Below are positions 51,101 to 64,000 of a stretch of DNA of 64,000 nt, piece after piece. The position numbers were made by a program, and so were the translations under genes. The stretch spans positions 4,980,181-5,044,180 of the forward strand of contig CM082596.2 in assembly GCA_040954595.2 (NCBI GenBank), read 5' to 3'. The stretch is from Balanoglossus misakiensis (taxonomy: Eukaryota; Animalia; Hemichordata). The stretch's first letter is position 1, and every line of letters begins with the position of its first letter. The notes beneath the pieces are model-generated. The model did no database searches. It was not told the DNA's origin and saw only the letters and a list, made by a program, of their open reading frames with translations.

Positions 51101-53438
51101 CTGTGAATCATACAGAAGGAATAAGTTAACATTTTGAAAGATTGCCAGAAATTGTCGTGATAAAGTTTAGGACGATTGGTCGAAAATACAGGATCTCGCA
51201 AAAGCAAATGATGGCCATTAGGAAACATCCTCTTTCCCAGGCAAGCCATTGATTGGGGAGATTAACATATATTTAGTCACAATAGTTTGTACAGGAAATA
51301 GTTGCATGTACGAGGTTAATCTGAAGATACAGTGAAGCTGGTGAATGATTTAACTTCAGAACATGTCTGAATTACGTGTTGGGGGGGGGGGGGGGATGAT
51401 GGCTTGCATATGGCTGGCATTTGCACAGAGCGAGCAGTTGAGTTGGAAAAGTTGCCAAAGATTGCATTCAGAAACTTTGACATTCTTTTACCCTGTACTT
51501 TTTGGTGGAGTTGTTTGTGCATTGGTTTGTCCCGGTGATGCATACAAATTGAAAAAAATAGTCTCATAGAGCATTATTAAAAGGTGGGGGGGGGGGGGGG
51601 TGTGGAGATTAATTGTATATGTAGAGGGATGGGGTGTGTCATAGTGGTGTTAAATCATTATATATAAAGAGACTTTACCTGGTACCCATTTCAATTATTG
51701 ACAGCACAGTCTGCAGACCAGCAATTTGCACATCTGTTAACGAAATACAAGGTTTAAAAATTCTCACCTGGATTTGACACCTTCTAAATCCTAGCACAGA
51801 AATCTCACCGGTGATTTCCAAGGTCTTCTGTATTGCAAAGGGAAAGCTCAATGCTCCAGTTAAACAACATTTGTGGGATTTTTTCAGATTCTTTGGTCGC
51901 TACAGCTCGCTATAAACACTTGTGCGCGGACAGACCTCCTTTTGTGAGTGTGCAGTTTTGAAGTTTCAAGAGGCTTGTTTTGCGTCGGGATCAAGTCACG
52001 CGTCCAATGATATGTGGTGGCGTCTTTATCTGGAAAACATTGCCTTCAACTTTTGCATGCCCACATTCATTTATCACTTGATTTATTTCTAGAAATGCCA
52101 TCACAGAACTTTGTTTGGCTCGGTACTCACATCCAAACTACATTTATCCAAGACAAAACATTTATTTTTAATAAATTTGGAGTAGAAAATCGACATGTAT
52201 CTCATATGCTGATTTGTTTCAGATGTTGATCCAACACACACATGTCCAGACAGTGTATAAACATGTACAATGTATGTTGTGTGTACATAACTGAAATTTA
52301 CCTGACAGACCCCAGATAGCAGCTGATCTGTGTGTTTGCATTTGTGATTGTAAACAATTATAACTCCCAGTCAAAATAAACGTATCCTGCTTTGTTGTTT
52401 TAGGACATTTACTACCAGGATATCCTTGTGTTGTTGTTGTTATTGTGGTGGTTTATCTGGTTGCTGTTGTGATGGTACATGTACTACATGTACTGGTTGT
52501 TGTCAATCGAAACATGTCATCAAACATATAGGCTATAGTCCCCTTCTACTGTCTGTGTTCAAACACCCATACAATGAATGAGTGTTGCTTTGACATTTCT
52601 CTTTGACATTCTGATATTCTGTCATAGTCACATCCAGAAATTGCAGTAATATTACCGGTATTTATTTATTCTTTAATTGATAGAGATATACAATTTGTAT
52701 GTAGTACAAGGCTTGTAGAGCTTGGTCTAGCTGTTGCATTCTTGTGTCGTCCTAGCTCTCCACATCTTGCGTTGAGCGATCGTCTCACACGTAAGCCACC
52801 ACAAAATCCCACTACAGTGTCAGAATTATGAGAAAAGAGCATCAGACTTACAAACTATTCTCCGTCAGCTTGCGATAAAGCCAACGTTATCGCGCGTTCA
52901 ATCTTGATACAAGCCCATTAATTTTACCAATCTGTGTGCATAGGTATTATTGATTTACTGAATTCCAGTCGGAAGCGCTGATAAGTGGCTTGAAACAATG
53001 CAGGTTATTGATTCGGATCGGCCAATTTGCTGTCTTTTGTCGGTCAATTGGCTGCTGACAACTCAATTGGCGACTCTCCCGATTCCTGGCTGATAACTGG
53101 TGCACGCTTACATCATCGAATGAACAGGTGACAGGAAAATGCTGGCTTCAAGTAGATTCCTGCAAAATGATTTAAGTGCGTGGTGTTGTTGATCAACTGC
53201 TGATAAACACTCAGAGTGGCTAAAACCCTGGCCTGACATATGCGCATATATTTTTGATCTCCTGGTAAATGACAATTTGTTTGTAAAAATTTGTTAATTT
53301 CAGGTGATGATGGAAATATACAGAGATGAGACTTCTGCTTGTCTGACTTGAATAATAACAAAAATGTCAAGTAGTAATCACAGTACCCAGCAAGTTATCC
53401 ACGAAAACTTTTTAACTAAGTATGTACATGAAAGTTAG

Positions 53439-56400
53439 TTATCCATCAAGGGAAGGATGATGTTGCTTGACAGCCTTCTCCAACAGCACAGACGTGCTGA
53501 TGCCGCCCAGAATGTCCAGTTGTGAGACGACGACGTGAAGCTCCTTAGACGCCCACGCGACAATCTCCACGGCCATAAGCGAGTCGACGCCATAGTCGAT
53601 CATGGGCTTGGTGATGTCAATGTCGTCTGGCGACTGACCGATCATCTGGCCCAGTTTCTTTTTGACCGAATTCTCCAGGTCTGTGGGCGACAGCTGGCGT
53701 TTGCGCTTGTTCAAACTTGAGTAGTCCATCAGGTGGTGAAATTTCAAGTTTGTCTTGTGTGTAAATTTAGCTGTTGTGACCCAGTCCTGGTGGGCAAAAA
53801 ACGGGATAATTAGATTCCGGTTCATACATTATACAGAAGACTGTGCTCATCCTACTGAAGAGAAATTGCTAAACAAATGTCACGACCATTGTTGTTGTTG
53901 ACAAATCAATTCTAGTCCGGACTTGAATTCAAATTGTGGACATGAACAATACCGACAATACACACATATGTTGTGTTGATAAAGCTAAATGCTGGGCATT
54001 TCATGTTTCAGGAATTTGAACAAGAAACTGCAGTAGCTACAGGAAACAATAAGTGTGATGTTAACTACTTCTTACCTGATTAGCCAAGCAAACTACAGGC
54101 TTTTTGTAATCAGTCAAAAGACTCCCAAGAAGTTCCATGATTTCATCGATGTGAAGTGTGCCAGCTCCCTGGTCTTCCAGAACCTTGATGGTTTCTGCTT
54201 TGCCCTCAAGGTACCCAGCCCCTCTGACAGCTCCCATCTGCAGTGACAGTGCTGGTAGGCCCAGACCGTGCCTGTGTTCTGCAAGGGCGTCCAGCGCAGA
54301 ATTGGCTGCGCAGTATGCTGGTTGAGCCGAGTGGCCCCGTACTGTCGACACTGACGACATCAGGAAGAACACGTCCAAGCTTTCTTCTCTTGTCAGATCG
54401 TGCAAGTGATGCGCGCTCACAGCCGTTGACTTCATCACAAGGTCAAGCCGGTCTGGTTTCAAGTCTGGCAGGAGAGTCTCGTCCACTACGCCGGCAAGAT
54501 GGAAGACACCCTTCAGTGGTGGGATATCTGCTCTGGATTTCACCTGGCCTAAGATACTCTTCACAGTGTTGTAATCAGACACGTCAGCTGCAAAGGTGTG
54601 GACTGCAACACCTTTACGCTTCAGGAAATCCCGAGTGCGCCGTGCGGCAGCCGACTGCCCACCACTTCTCGACACCATGACCAGATGTCTGGCTCCCATC
54701 CTCTGCATCCATCGGACCAGCGCCTGACCGACCCCGCCGAATGCACCGGTTACAAGGTACGCTGCCTCTTCATGGAAGATGTCACCCTGTAGATCAAATC
54801 TTTCCGGAACGTAGGAAGCTGGAATTTCAAAAACGACTTTACCGATATGCAGGCCCTTCGACATCATCCGAAAAGCTTCCAAGTAGTCACCGATTTGATA
54901 CACGGTCACTGGCATTGGAGTCAGTTTTCCTTCTTCAAAAAGTCTGACAACCTGTTCGAGCGAGTACTGCACGCCTTCGGGATCTTGTCGTAGCCTGATG
55001 TCAATCTGACAGGAGAGGAAAGACTTGTTTTCCAGGAAGGTCTTCAGGTCCATCTGCGAATTTTCCAATATGTCTCTCTTCCCGATTTCACAAAATCTTC
55101 CTCCAGGGGCCAGGGAAGCCAGCCCCCTTTCCATCAGTCGACCGTACAGAGAATTAAGGACTACATTCACGCCTTTACCATTTGTCCACTCCATGACGTC
55201 GTGGTAAAACTGATCTGATCTGGAATCTGTGACGTATTCAATGCCCAACTCGTTTCTGAGATAGGCGCGCTTTTCTTCGGTTCCCGCTGAACAGATGATT
55301 GTTGCTCCTTGCATCCGTGCAATTTGGATGGCAGCTAAACCGACACCACCACAGGCAGAGTGGATCAACACCGTTTCTCCCTTTCTCAGGTTGGCCCTCT
55401 CGACCAAACTGTGATAGGCTGTGGTGAAGGCGACTGTGATGCCAGCACTATCGACCATGTTGAGGTGTTTGGGTTTAGACATCACGAAGCGGCCATCATT
55501 GATGACATGGGAAGCGAAACTGGACTTTGTGAATGCGATGACCTCATCCCCAGCTTTCACGTGAGTGACACCTTCACCGACGGCTTCAACTACTCCGGAG
55601 CACTCCAGGCCAAAACGGTAGCGCGTCTCCTCAGCCTCTAATCCTTCCAACATTCCATGAGCCATCATGACGTCCTTGAAGTTCAGCGCTGCCGCATGGA
55701 CCCTTACGATCACTCGACCAGGTCTGAGGGTCAAATCAGGTAGTCCGCAGAATCCCAAGTCATCAAGCGACGCACCCTTTCCATGATGGCGGATGTTTTG
55801 TTCAAGGCGCCAATACTTGACGCTCTGGGTACAGACTTCAGGTTTGGTAGCAGTGATAATTCTTGGACAGAGAACTTGGTTTTCTTTCATCACGAGTGCT
55901 CTCTCTGGTTGGTTTGAATTGCGGATGATGCCGCACAGCATTTGCACGTTTTGTTGCATGGAAACTTGAGAGTCTAGGTCCACATAGTACACACGGCCTG
56001 AGATGATTTGGTTGCAGACGGATCCCGCGAGACCAAAAGCGGCGTGTGACCACAGATTTCCTTGCTGTTTGTAGGCCCCATGTGTGACGATGTAAACGGA
56101 CCGGATCCCATCTTTACGTGCATCCATTTCCTGCAACAAGGCGAGGATGAAATGGAGTTTTGCATCCCAACTGCCGCACCAGTAGATAACGTTTGATGGT
56201 TTGTTGGTGATGATGACAGACTGGATGTCATCCATCGTTGGAGTCATGACCATAGAGCAAGGCTTCTCCAAAGATTCACTTATCGCCGCCTGGACCGTTT
56301 CATCAGGACAGCCAAGCAAGAACCATCGGTCGTCGGCAACATTGCTTTGCTCCGGAGGATACAGGAGGTCGGCAGTTTTGCGACCAACCACTATGCTGTG

Positions 56401-59400
56401 GAAAAGTTCCCCTGGGGTGGAGACACTGACAACATCACTGTAACCGTTCTCCCTGAAGAGGTCCTCCCAGCCTTTACGAGGCAGCCAGCATGTTTCTTGT
56501 CTGAAGTCTTCGTACACCCAGCAGAGCGGAAGGGAGCCGAAGACTAACTCAGTCATGTAGTTGGAATTGGTTACCTCGTACATGAACAGCCAGCCGTCTT
56601 CGCAAAGGAGGTTGCGCATGTGGTACATAGCAGTGTTGACGTCGACCGCAAGGTGGAGGGTATCAAGACACACTACAATGTCAACACTCCCAGGAATGAG
56701 TCCCTGAGGTTCGACGTCTTTCTCGATGTCGAGCTGCTTGAATTGTACCAGTGGAAACTGTTGGGCGTGTGCGAAGAACAAAGCAGTCCGGTCGGTGAAA
56801 ACATACTCGACTTGTTTCTTGGACACTTCTTCTTTCAAATTTCCGAGGATGTACTTCGAGAGGCCACCCAGTCTTCCGCCGACTTCAAGAATTCTCACCA
56901 CCTTCTTCTTTTCCATTGACTTTCTTACAGCTCTTGCTACTGCCTCCGCACCAGCTTCATAGAACAGGCGAATTGTTGGTGCGTCAGCAAAGTACTGCGG
57001 AAGACTGTCTGGGGCAGACAGCAGTGACACGCCAATGTCAGGATCTTTGAGTGTGTCCGCCAAGGCATCCCCAAGAGTCTTGACCATCTTCAATTCTTGG
57101 GATAGTTCTGGAACAGTGGCAGCTACTTCTTCTATTGCCACTGGAATGTGTCCTCTATTTAGTGTTTTAAGAGTGGTATCTGCGGCAATGACCCTCAGTC
57201 TTCTAATAAATCGCCCATTTCTTCCCCCAACTTCATTATCTTTAACTGCATCGAGGGCGTGCTTGATGTAAGACTTGCAGATAGTCTTGATTTGTGGCAT
57301 AACTGCATCTGTTCTCGTGACTATGTCCATGTCTTCTGGGAAAAGCTTTCGCAGGCTGTCCTCTTCAAATAAACAGCACACATCGTCTGTAGTAGGGAGG
57401 CATGACTTCACGGGCTGTAATTCTGTTGAGTACAGACACGACTCCAAGTCAACTGCAGAACTGCTGGCTTGTAGACTCTGGACCACCAATCCAGCAACTT
57501 TCACCAGAACCTGCCCATTGCTGCTGCTGCACAGATATGCATCACCTGTGATTGACGTACTGTCGCAATCTGTTACTTTTGCGTAAGCCAGAAGCTGCTC
57601 TCCCAAGGGCACTTTTGGAACAGTCATCTGCATCACCCCCAGCTTGACAGGCAGATAAGCTGTGGTGAATTTACCCAGTGATGCTATCACCAGTTGAAAG
57701 CATCCATCCAGCAGTGTTGTCTGCACTCTCTGTTTGGTGTCAGAAGGGTTCACCATCACCGCCACTGCCTCTCCGTCGCCCAGCATCATTTGCTGAATCA
57801 CCTGGAAGGTGGGGCCGTAATTCAAGCCTTTGGATGCAAGCTTTTGATACAGTTCGACACCTGACATCAAAGTTTTACATCTCTGCTTTATCTCGGGGAG
57901 TTGAAGGCACTGGAACATTTCACCAGGGGTCTCCGGAGTGTCCATCTCTGCCGTGTAGTGCAGGGTTTCGCCAGATGTTACGTGAAGAGATGAACCTTCT
58001 TTTGAGATTTGAAGTGCGACATCTTCTCTGGATGGTCTGCCACTTTCATCTTGTGGCCAAATCAAGGCATGAAGGAAATGTATGTTTTTCAGTGCCGGGG
58101 TTTCCGTTTCCCCGAAGAACATCTCCACGCAGTACTCTATGTAGCCAGCACCGGGAAATACCACTTCGTTATCCACGGCGTGGTCAGCTAAGAACGGGAA
58201 CATGTCAAATGACAGGTTGCCGTTTTGCCCCTTGAAGCTCTTGTCCTCCAGTCCTAGACGATGTTTCATCTTGTGTTCGGGTTCCGTCCAGTGAGTGTGA
58301 TGTTGCCAAGCGTATGTCGGAATGGGAGCCCATTTGGAAGTGTTGCCTGTCATGTTATTCCAGTCGATGGATACACCTGCAGCGTACAAAGAGCCAACGG
58401 CCCTGAGCAGTGTATGGCGGTCATCCTTGCCTCGCTGTCCGAGTGGTGCCGTGATGATCTTTGGCAATCCCACCTCCTGCTTGATTTTATTGACGGATGA
58501 TATCAGGGTTGCGGACGCTCCACATTCTATGATGATGTCCGGTTCGATTTCAGTGAGCATGGTGGTTACAGCATCACTGAAGGCAACTGCGTTTCTGACG
58601 TTCTTCCACCAGTAGGGCCCATCGAATGTACCGTTGTATCGCTTGCCATCTGCAGTAGAATAAAATGGGATGCGGCCGCGTCTTTCAGTTGTTCTGACAA
58701 CACCATCCATAGCGTCCAGGAAGCTCTTCCGAATTGGGTCCATGTACGGTGTGTGAAAGGCACACTGGACTCGCAGTTGTCTTGCTTGCTGTGGATTGTT
58801 TGCAGCGATATCCTGGATCACTTTGATGTCGCCAGCAATCGTGACTGATCCAGGTGCGTTGACAGCCGCAATGTACACGTTGTCGTGTTCTGCGCACAAC
58901 TTTTCTGCTTCTTCGGTGGACTTGCGTAGAGCGGCCATTCCTCCAGCTCCTTTCAACGTTGCCTGCTGCGTGCTCCTCACATAGATAGCGGTCACTGCTT
59001 CAGCCATGGTCAGCCCACCACATGCATGAGCAGCGGCGACCTCACCGAGACTGTGTCCCACTACAGCCGCAGGGGTGATGCCCCAGTGCTTCAGCAAATG
59101 GAACAGTCCAATCTGGAAGAACAGAATGACAGGCTGGGACACTTCCATTTCATCTACCAGGTTATCAGAATCGACAGGGAGGTTTGCTGTGGTGGATGGT
59201 TGCTTCAGGCCGTTGAACAGACCGGCATCCTGAAGGAGAGACCACCCGCTGAGTCTCTGGAACACAGCATCACACTGGTCGATAACTTCACGGAAGACTT
59301 CTTCAGTAGCGTACAGCTTCTTTCCCATGGCTGCCCACTGCTGTCCCTGGCCGGGGAAGACCATGCACACTTTAGGCTGTGTGCCAGACGTTGTACCCGT

Positions 59401-61498
59401 CACAATGGAATCACTGGACTCCCCATCGAGATAGGTCTCCAAGTTGCGCTGGAACTCCTTCCCGGATTTGGCCAAGATGCACATTCGGAAATCGTGGTGC
59501 TTTCTTCTTATGGCTTGCCAGCCGATCACTCCCAGAGCATCAGCGGTGTTTTTAAAAGAGAGCCATTTCTTTGCCAAGTCGTCAACTGCTTCCTTTGTTT
59601 TTGCTGACAGAGGCAGCAGTATTTCTTCACCCACCTGTTCACTGCCGAACTGCCATCCACAAACACGATTTGCTTCGTCTTCCATCGCCGGCGGTTCATC
59701 AAGGACAAGGTGAGCGACTGCTCCGGCAATACCAAAGCTGTTGACGCCGATGCGGTAGCTTTTGTTCGGCAAGAAGGCCTCCTTTGATGTTTGCACTTCC
59801 AGCTTCAACCCTTCCAGATCAATTGATGGATTCGGTCTCTTGAAGTTGATTGTGGGACAGAGCGTGCGCTTGGACAGCATAAGGGATGCCTTGATTGTCG
59901 CGGTAATACCAGCCGCGCATTCGTTATGCGCGAAATTGCTCTTTCCAGACCCGATTTTCAGAGGGTCTTTTCTGTGTGGGGCAAAGGCGTGACCAATTGC
60001 ACGGGCTTCGATGGGATCGCCCACGGGGGTACCCGTGCCGTGGGCTTCGACGTAGTCAACAGAGGACTTGGGCAGGTCAAATCGGCTGTACGCCTCGTTC
60101 ATGACGTGCTCTTGGGCAGCCTGCAGAGGCATGGTGAGGCTTCCGCAGAAACCATTGGCGGCGATCGCGCTCCCACGGACGACCGAGTAGACGTGGTCGC
60201 CGTCGGCCACAGCCTGTGAAAGCGGCTTCAGGACGAGAGCGCCCCAGCCCTCGCTTCGGACGTAGCCCCGTGCCTCGTCGGAGAAAGGACAGCACCGACC
60301 CTCCGGGTTCAGCACTCCGAGAGCGCTGAACCCGACGGTGACGTCTGGGATGAGTACGCTGTTGCAGCCGCTGACCACGGCCACCTTGCACTCCCCGATC
60401 CAGAGATGCGTGCAGGCCAGATGCATGGCCGTCATGGACGAAGCGCAGGCTGTGTCGACAGCGTAGCTCGGGCCTTGCAGGTTGAACGCGTAGGATATGC
60501 GATTGGCGGCCACGCTGTGGGCGTTGCCGGTTATAGTGTATGGGGTCATGGTGTGGGCGTCGATGTTAAGAAGACCATAGTCGTTCATACCGATGCCTAG
60601 AAACACCCCACAGTCTGCCTTCAGTGTGTCTGGATCGATGCCCGCGTCTTCGAAGGACTCCTCTACCACCTCAAGTAGTAGTCTCTGCTGGGGGTCCATG
60701 GATGCCGCCTCTCTCGGCGATATCTTGAAGAACCCGTGATCGAACTGGTCCACGCCATCAACGAACCCCGCCCTCCTGGTCACCATCTTGCCCGGTTTCG
60801 ACTGATCGCTGTCGTAGAAGTCGTCGATGTTCCACCTGTCCTTGGGTACTTCTGTCACTGTATCCCGGCCTTCACTGATGACCTCCCAGAAACCTTCTGG
60901 TGAATTCACTCCACCTGGCATTCGACAACCTATGCATGGAAAAATATAAATATGCTAGTGTTGAAGTTTTATAGAAAAGTCATCTTGACTTTGAACCCTA
61001 CTGGCAGATCAAATCACCTACCTATCCCTGTGATTGCGATGGGAAATCCATAGGTTTCACTTTGCCCAGTAGTTGGACACTTGCTGCTTTCCCCTTTGGT
61101 GTCCTGTTGATGTAAAAATGAAATTAATATTAATTAGGAGGTGAATAGTGACTATTGAAATCTTTCTACAATCAATGGAAAGATGTTTCTAAAAAGAGTA
61201 AATATACCTTGAAAATCCCTTATTTTAATTTTCTTCATAAACATAACACAGGGGCCATGTTGAATTTCATATTTGAGACAATTTGTTACAAGTTTGCTAT
61301 GTCATTCCAAATTTTGCAAAGTGATTCCTGATTTTATTAAAACGAGAACAATTCAAAGCAAAATACGAGAAAAAAAAAGTTTAAGACTGATATTGAGGCA
61401 CGTTTTATCTCAATCATGTCGATCAATACCAAAAAGTAAAATACCTGTTTCAGTTGTTTTGCAAGCGACCATTTTTCTCTGTCTTCCCTAGATGGCAT
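53439..61498 (-). CDS. Animal iterative type I polyketide synthase, KS-AT-DH-(psi)MT-ER-KR-ACP, no thioesterase; exons 61498-61445, 61103-61022, 60929-54076, 53786-53439
   Basis: KS DTACASS, EAHGTGT, KSNFAH; AT GHSLG and AFH; DH HAVDNEVVFP; MT-like ILEVGGRLGG; ER LIHSACGGVG; KR VTGAFGGVG and QPAYCAAN; ACP YGVDSLMAVEI shortly before the stop. Upstream exons MPSREDREKW.. and ..FPIAITGIG|CRMPGG splice in frame. Confidence 0.93.
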
Positions 61499-63723
61499 CG
61501 TTGGTCTGAAGTATAAATCCTATCTGCAGGTTTTCAATGTGGAATTAGACTGGTTAGTGTAAAGAAAAAAAAGACACCCTTTTGGCTTCGTCATAATAAC
61601 CAATGAACAGTGTTCCTTAATCCCCTGTTGTTTCGGAGACAATAACTCGAAAATGGAGAGGTTCACACCATTATCGTTTTGTGTGTTACTGGTGCGCGAT
61701 CTTCTTGAATGACGTCTGATTTTGTTCGTGACAAGACAACCAAATGCTTAGCAAAGTCCCAACATTGAAATAATAAGGATAGCAAAATCATGTTTGCGCA
61801 TCATGAAAACTTGTGACAGTTTTAGTATCTGGTACGTCATGGATATTGTGAAAAAAATTCATTTGCCAGCTCGCGCTTACGAACAGAAAATTTACGCTTG
61901 AATCCTGTCACGTAACGGCCACACAGTGACCTTCAACAGTGACCTTCATGGGGGAAGTTCACCTTCAAATCGGGTCATCAAAGATATCTAAAAATCCAAT
62001 ACCTACCTTTGGAAATTTTGGAAGGTTCCAGAAGGCAGCTGAATTGTCGTGTCGTATTCCCCCAAATACTGCCTGTGAACAAAACCCACAGATTTTTAAA
62101 GTGACTTTCTTGAAACAACGCACTCGGCTACTTCTGTCTGATCATCCGCTCTCACGACGGGTGAAAGTCTTTCCGTCCTTTAACCTCTGGGCATGCATCC
62201 CATTTGCTGGTAGGGGTGTTTGGCTTGGGGTTGGGTATTCACCTTGTGTTTGTGGGCTCTGAGTGTGTGATAGCTAGTTGTGTTAGGTACCTCATTATGA
62301 ATGGTAAAGCCTGAATATATGAGCAAGCATTTTCTTTTTGATCTCTAAGTAACCCAAGGCCATCTGTTGTTAAGTCAAGACGTTTAACATCAGTGTGACA
62401 TGGCCCCATTCCAGCCAAAATGGGCCATTCAAATGGGCCATTCAAAAATTCTCATTCTTGTGAGCCAGGGTCTTCCTCCCGGAGACAGGAGGCTGGCTAG
62501 ACTTGCTCCAAGTCTATGGGATGTGTAGGGAACGTGTCGACGCTACCCGAAACCCCAAGCTCAGTCGCAAATTCGAAACTCGCCTCACTACCAAAAACAC
62601 GCTAAAGGCAAGCATGCACGCAAAAAGTATTGAAATTATTTATTAAGACAAAAAACCACCGAAAACACAAAAAGTATTGAGATTTAAAAATCACCAAGCG
62701 ACTAGTGGGCTAGTCTAGAGGCTGGCCTATTTGTCAGGGAATTCTTTTTTTATGATGAGTTATTCATGAGTTGGCAGGATAAGTTAATCGCCAGTCTTGT
62801 TGTGAAGTGTATCACCGGTTTTCATATGGTTATTAGCTATTGCTGTACGAAAAACGTTTGAGCGTGGTATTAAAATGAGATGTTGATCTCTGTGTTGAGG
62901 GAACAGAAACCATTAAACGTGTATGAGTGTATAAAATAATAATAATAATTTATTCTCAGCCAATCTCCCTTGTATGACAGCTCACTCTGAGCTGTCATAC
63001 AAGGGAGATGGGCTGTCCACCACATGGCCAAAGGTGTTGCTTTTCTGCTGGTACCTGTTGATACCAGCCCGGGCACACTGTTTTTCATCAATAGATCACC
63101 ATGGAACAAACGCTGTTTCATAGTGTGTTCACACATGATATACTTGAGTCAGCCCAGGGCCACTTCTTGGCCGTACTCTTTAACAAGAGCAAACATTGCC
63201 GGTGGATGTTTTTAGTTTCTGCCAAATGTGAGCAAGGTTCCCGAGTGATTAGGGTAGAGCAATTTGTTTCTGGTCCTCCTCATTAGTTTGTTTTTCTCAT
63301 CACATCCGTTGGCTTTCAAGAAATAAACCGACCCCTGGATGAATAAAATTCTGTAATTTTTTAACCCAAGGTAAATATTTTTGATGAAATTGATAGATGT
63401 GTGATTGTTGTGTAGAGGGGGGTTTGCATTACGCTCTTTCTCCCAACCTGTCTCTCAGTATCAACGCTTTAATCCAATTTAGAGCCAGACAAATTGGCTG
63501 TACACCAGGAGTACAGGCATTTATGACAGCAGAGATGTATACGGTGTTTGGTATGCTACATATTTGTTGCACGGGCCTGTCGATATGTCAACCGTTTACA
63601 TGATTTGTTTCAACTTCGAAACTACAGCCGAGAATGCTTTTACTTCGGATTCTGTATGACATGTGTGTGCATGTCTAGAGTTTGGTGAACAATTGAAGCT
63701 AATCAAAGAAATGTTCACCAGAA

Positions 63724-63860
63724 GAGACAGACAGACAGACAGAGATGGAGGGGTAGGGAGAGATAGCCAGACAGTGACAGAGAGACAGGCAGACAGACAG
63801 ATTGAGGGAGGGAGGGAGGGAGAGATATACAGGTTGGACAGTTAGATGGAGGGAGAGAGA
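63724..63860. repeat. Purine-rich (GACA/GAGA/GGGA) low-complexity tract
   Basis: Imperfect simple repeats. Confidence 0.85.
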
Positions 63861-64000
63861 TTGGTCGATTTTCAAGAAACAGACTGTCATGACAAAGGTG
63901 TCAGAGAGTACATTGTGAAATTATCTCCTGCAAGCACTTTTGGTTTGCGTGAAACTTGGACCGGTGGATGACACAGGTACACAATGTACACATGTTTGGC

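Noticed and set aside
54243-60600. Many short + strand ORFs within the PKS
   Set aside because: Antisense shadows; none resembles the missing TRAK exons.
53439-61498. PKS as fatty acid synthase or bacterial contamination
   Set aside because: No TE domain and PKS-like KS motifs argue against FASN; spliceosomal introns and flanking animal genes argue against contamination.
62465-62730. Possible short mobile element with AGGCT/CTAGACT-like ends upstream of the PKS
   Set aside because: No convincing TIR pair or TSD could be delimited from a single copy.

Overview
AT-rich, intron-containing eukaryotic DNA from an animal, most likely a marine invertebrate (inferred from gene content and repeats); no prokaryotic operons, CRISPR arrays or RNA genes were seen. 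Left to right: a Helentron-like element carrying a 237-bp satellite; an intronless LRR-only gene (-); a Harbinger-type MITE; intronless peroxisomal carrier SLC25A17/PMP34 (-), head-to-head with a membrane-anchored tandem DUF442/phosphatase-fold gene (+); THREE tandem 14-exon paralogues (+, ~14.3-34.3 kb), each encoding a ~800-aa GHKL-type ATPase + Cys-rich middle + coiled coil + C-terminal RING protein, with CRE, NF-kB and IRF/ISRE motifs upstream; the 5' part of a TRAK/Milton gene (+); and a complete type I PKS (KS-AT-DH-psiMT-ER-KR-ACP, no TE) on the - strand, apparently nested in a TRAK intron. The best candidate for an undescribed system is the GHKL-ATPase-RING cluster, which looks like an inducible innate-immune E3 ligase family built on a prokaryote/phage-like ATPase. 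Exon boundaries were read by eye from splice sites and frame continuity; family assignments come from recalled motifs, not database searches.
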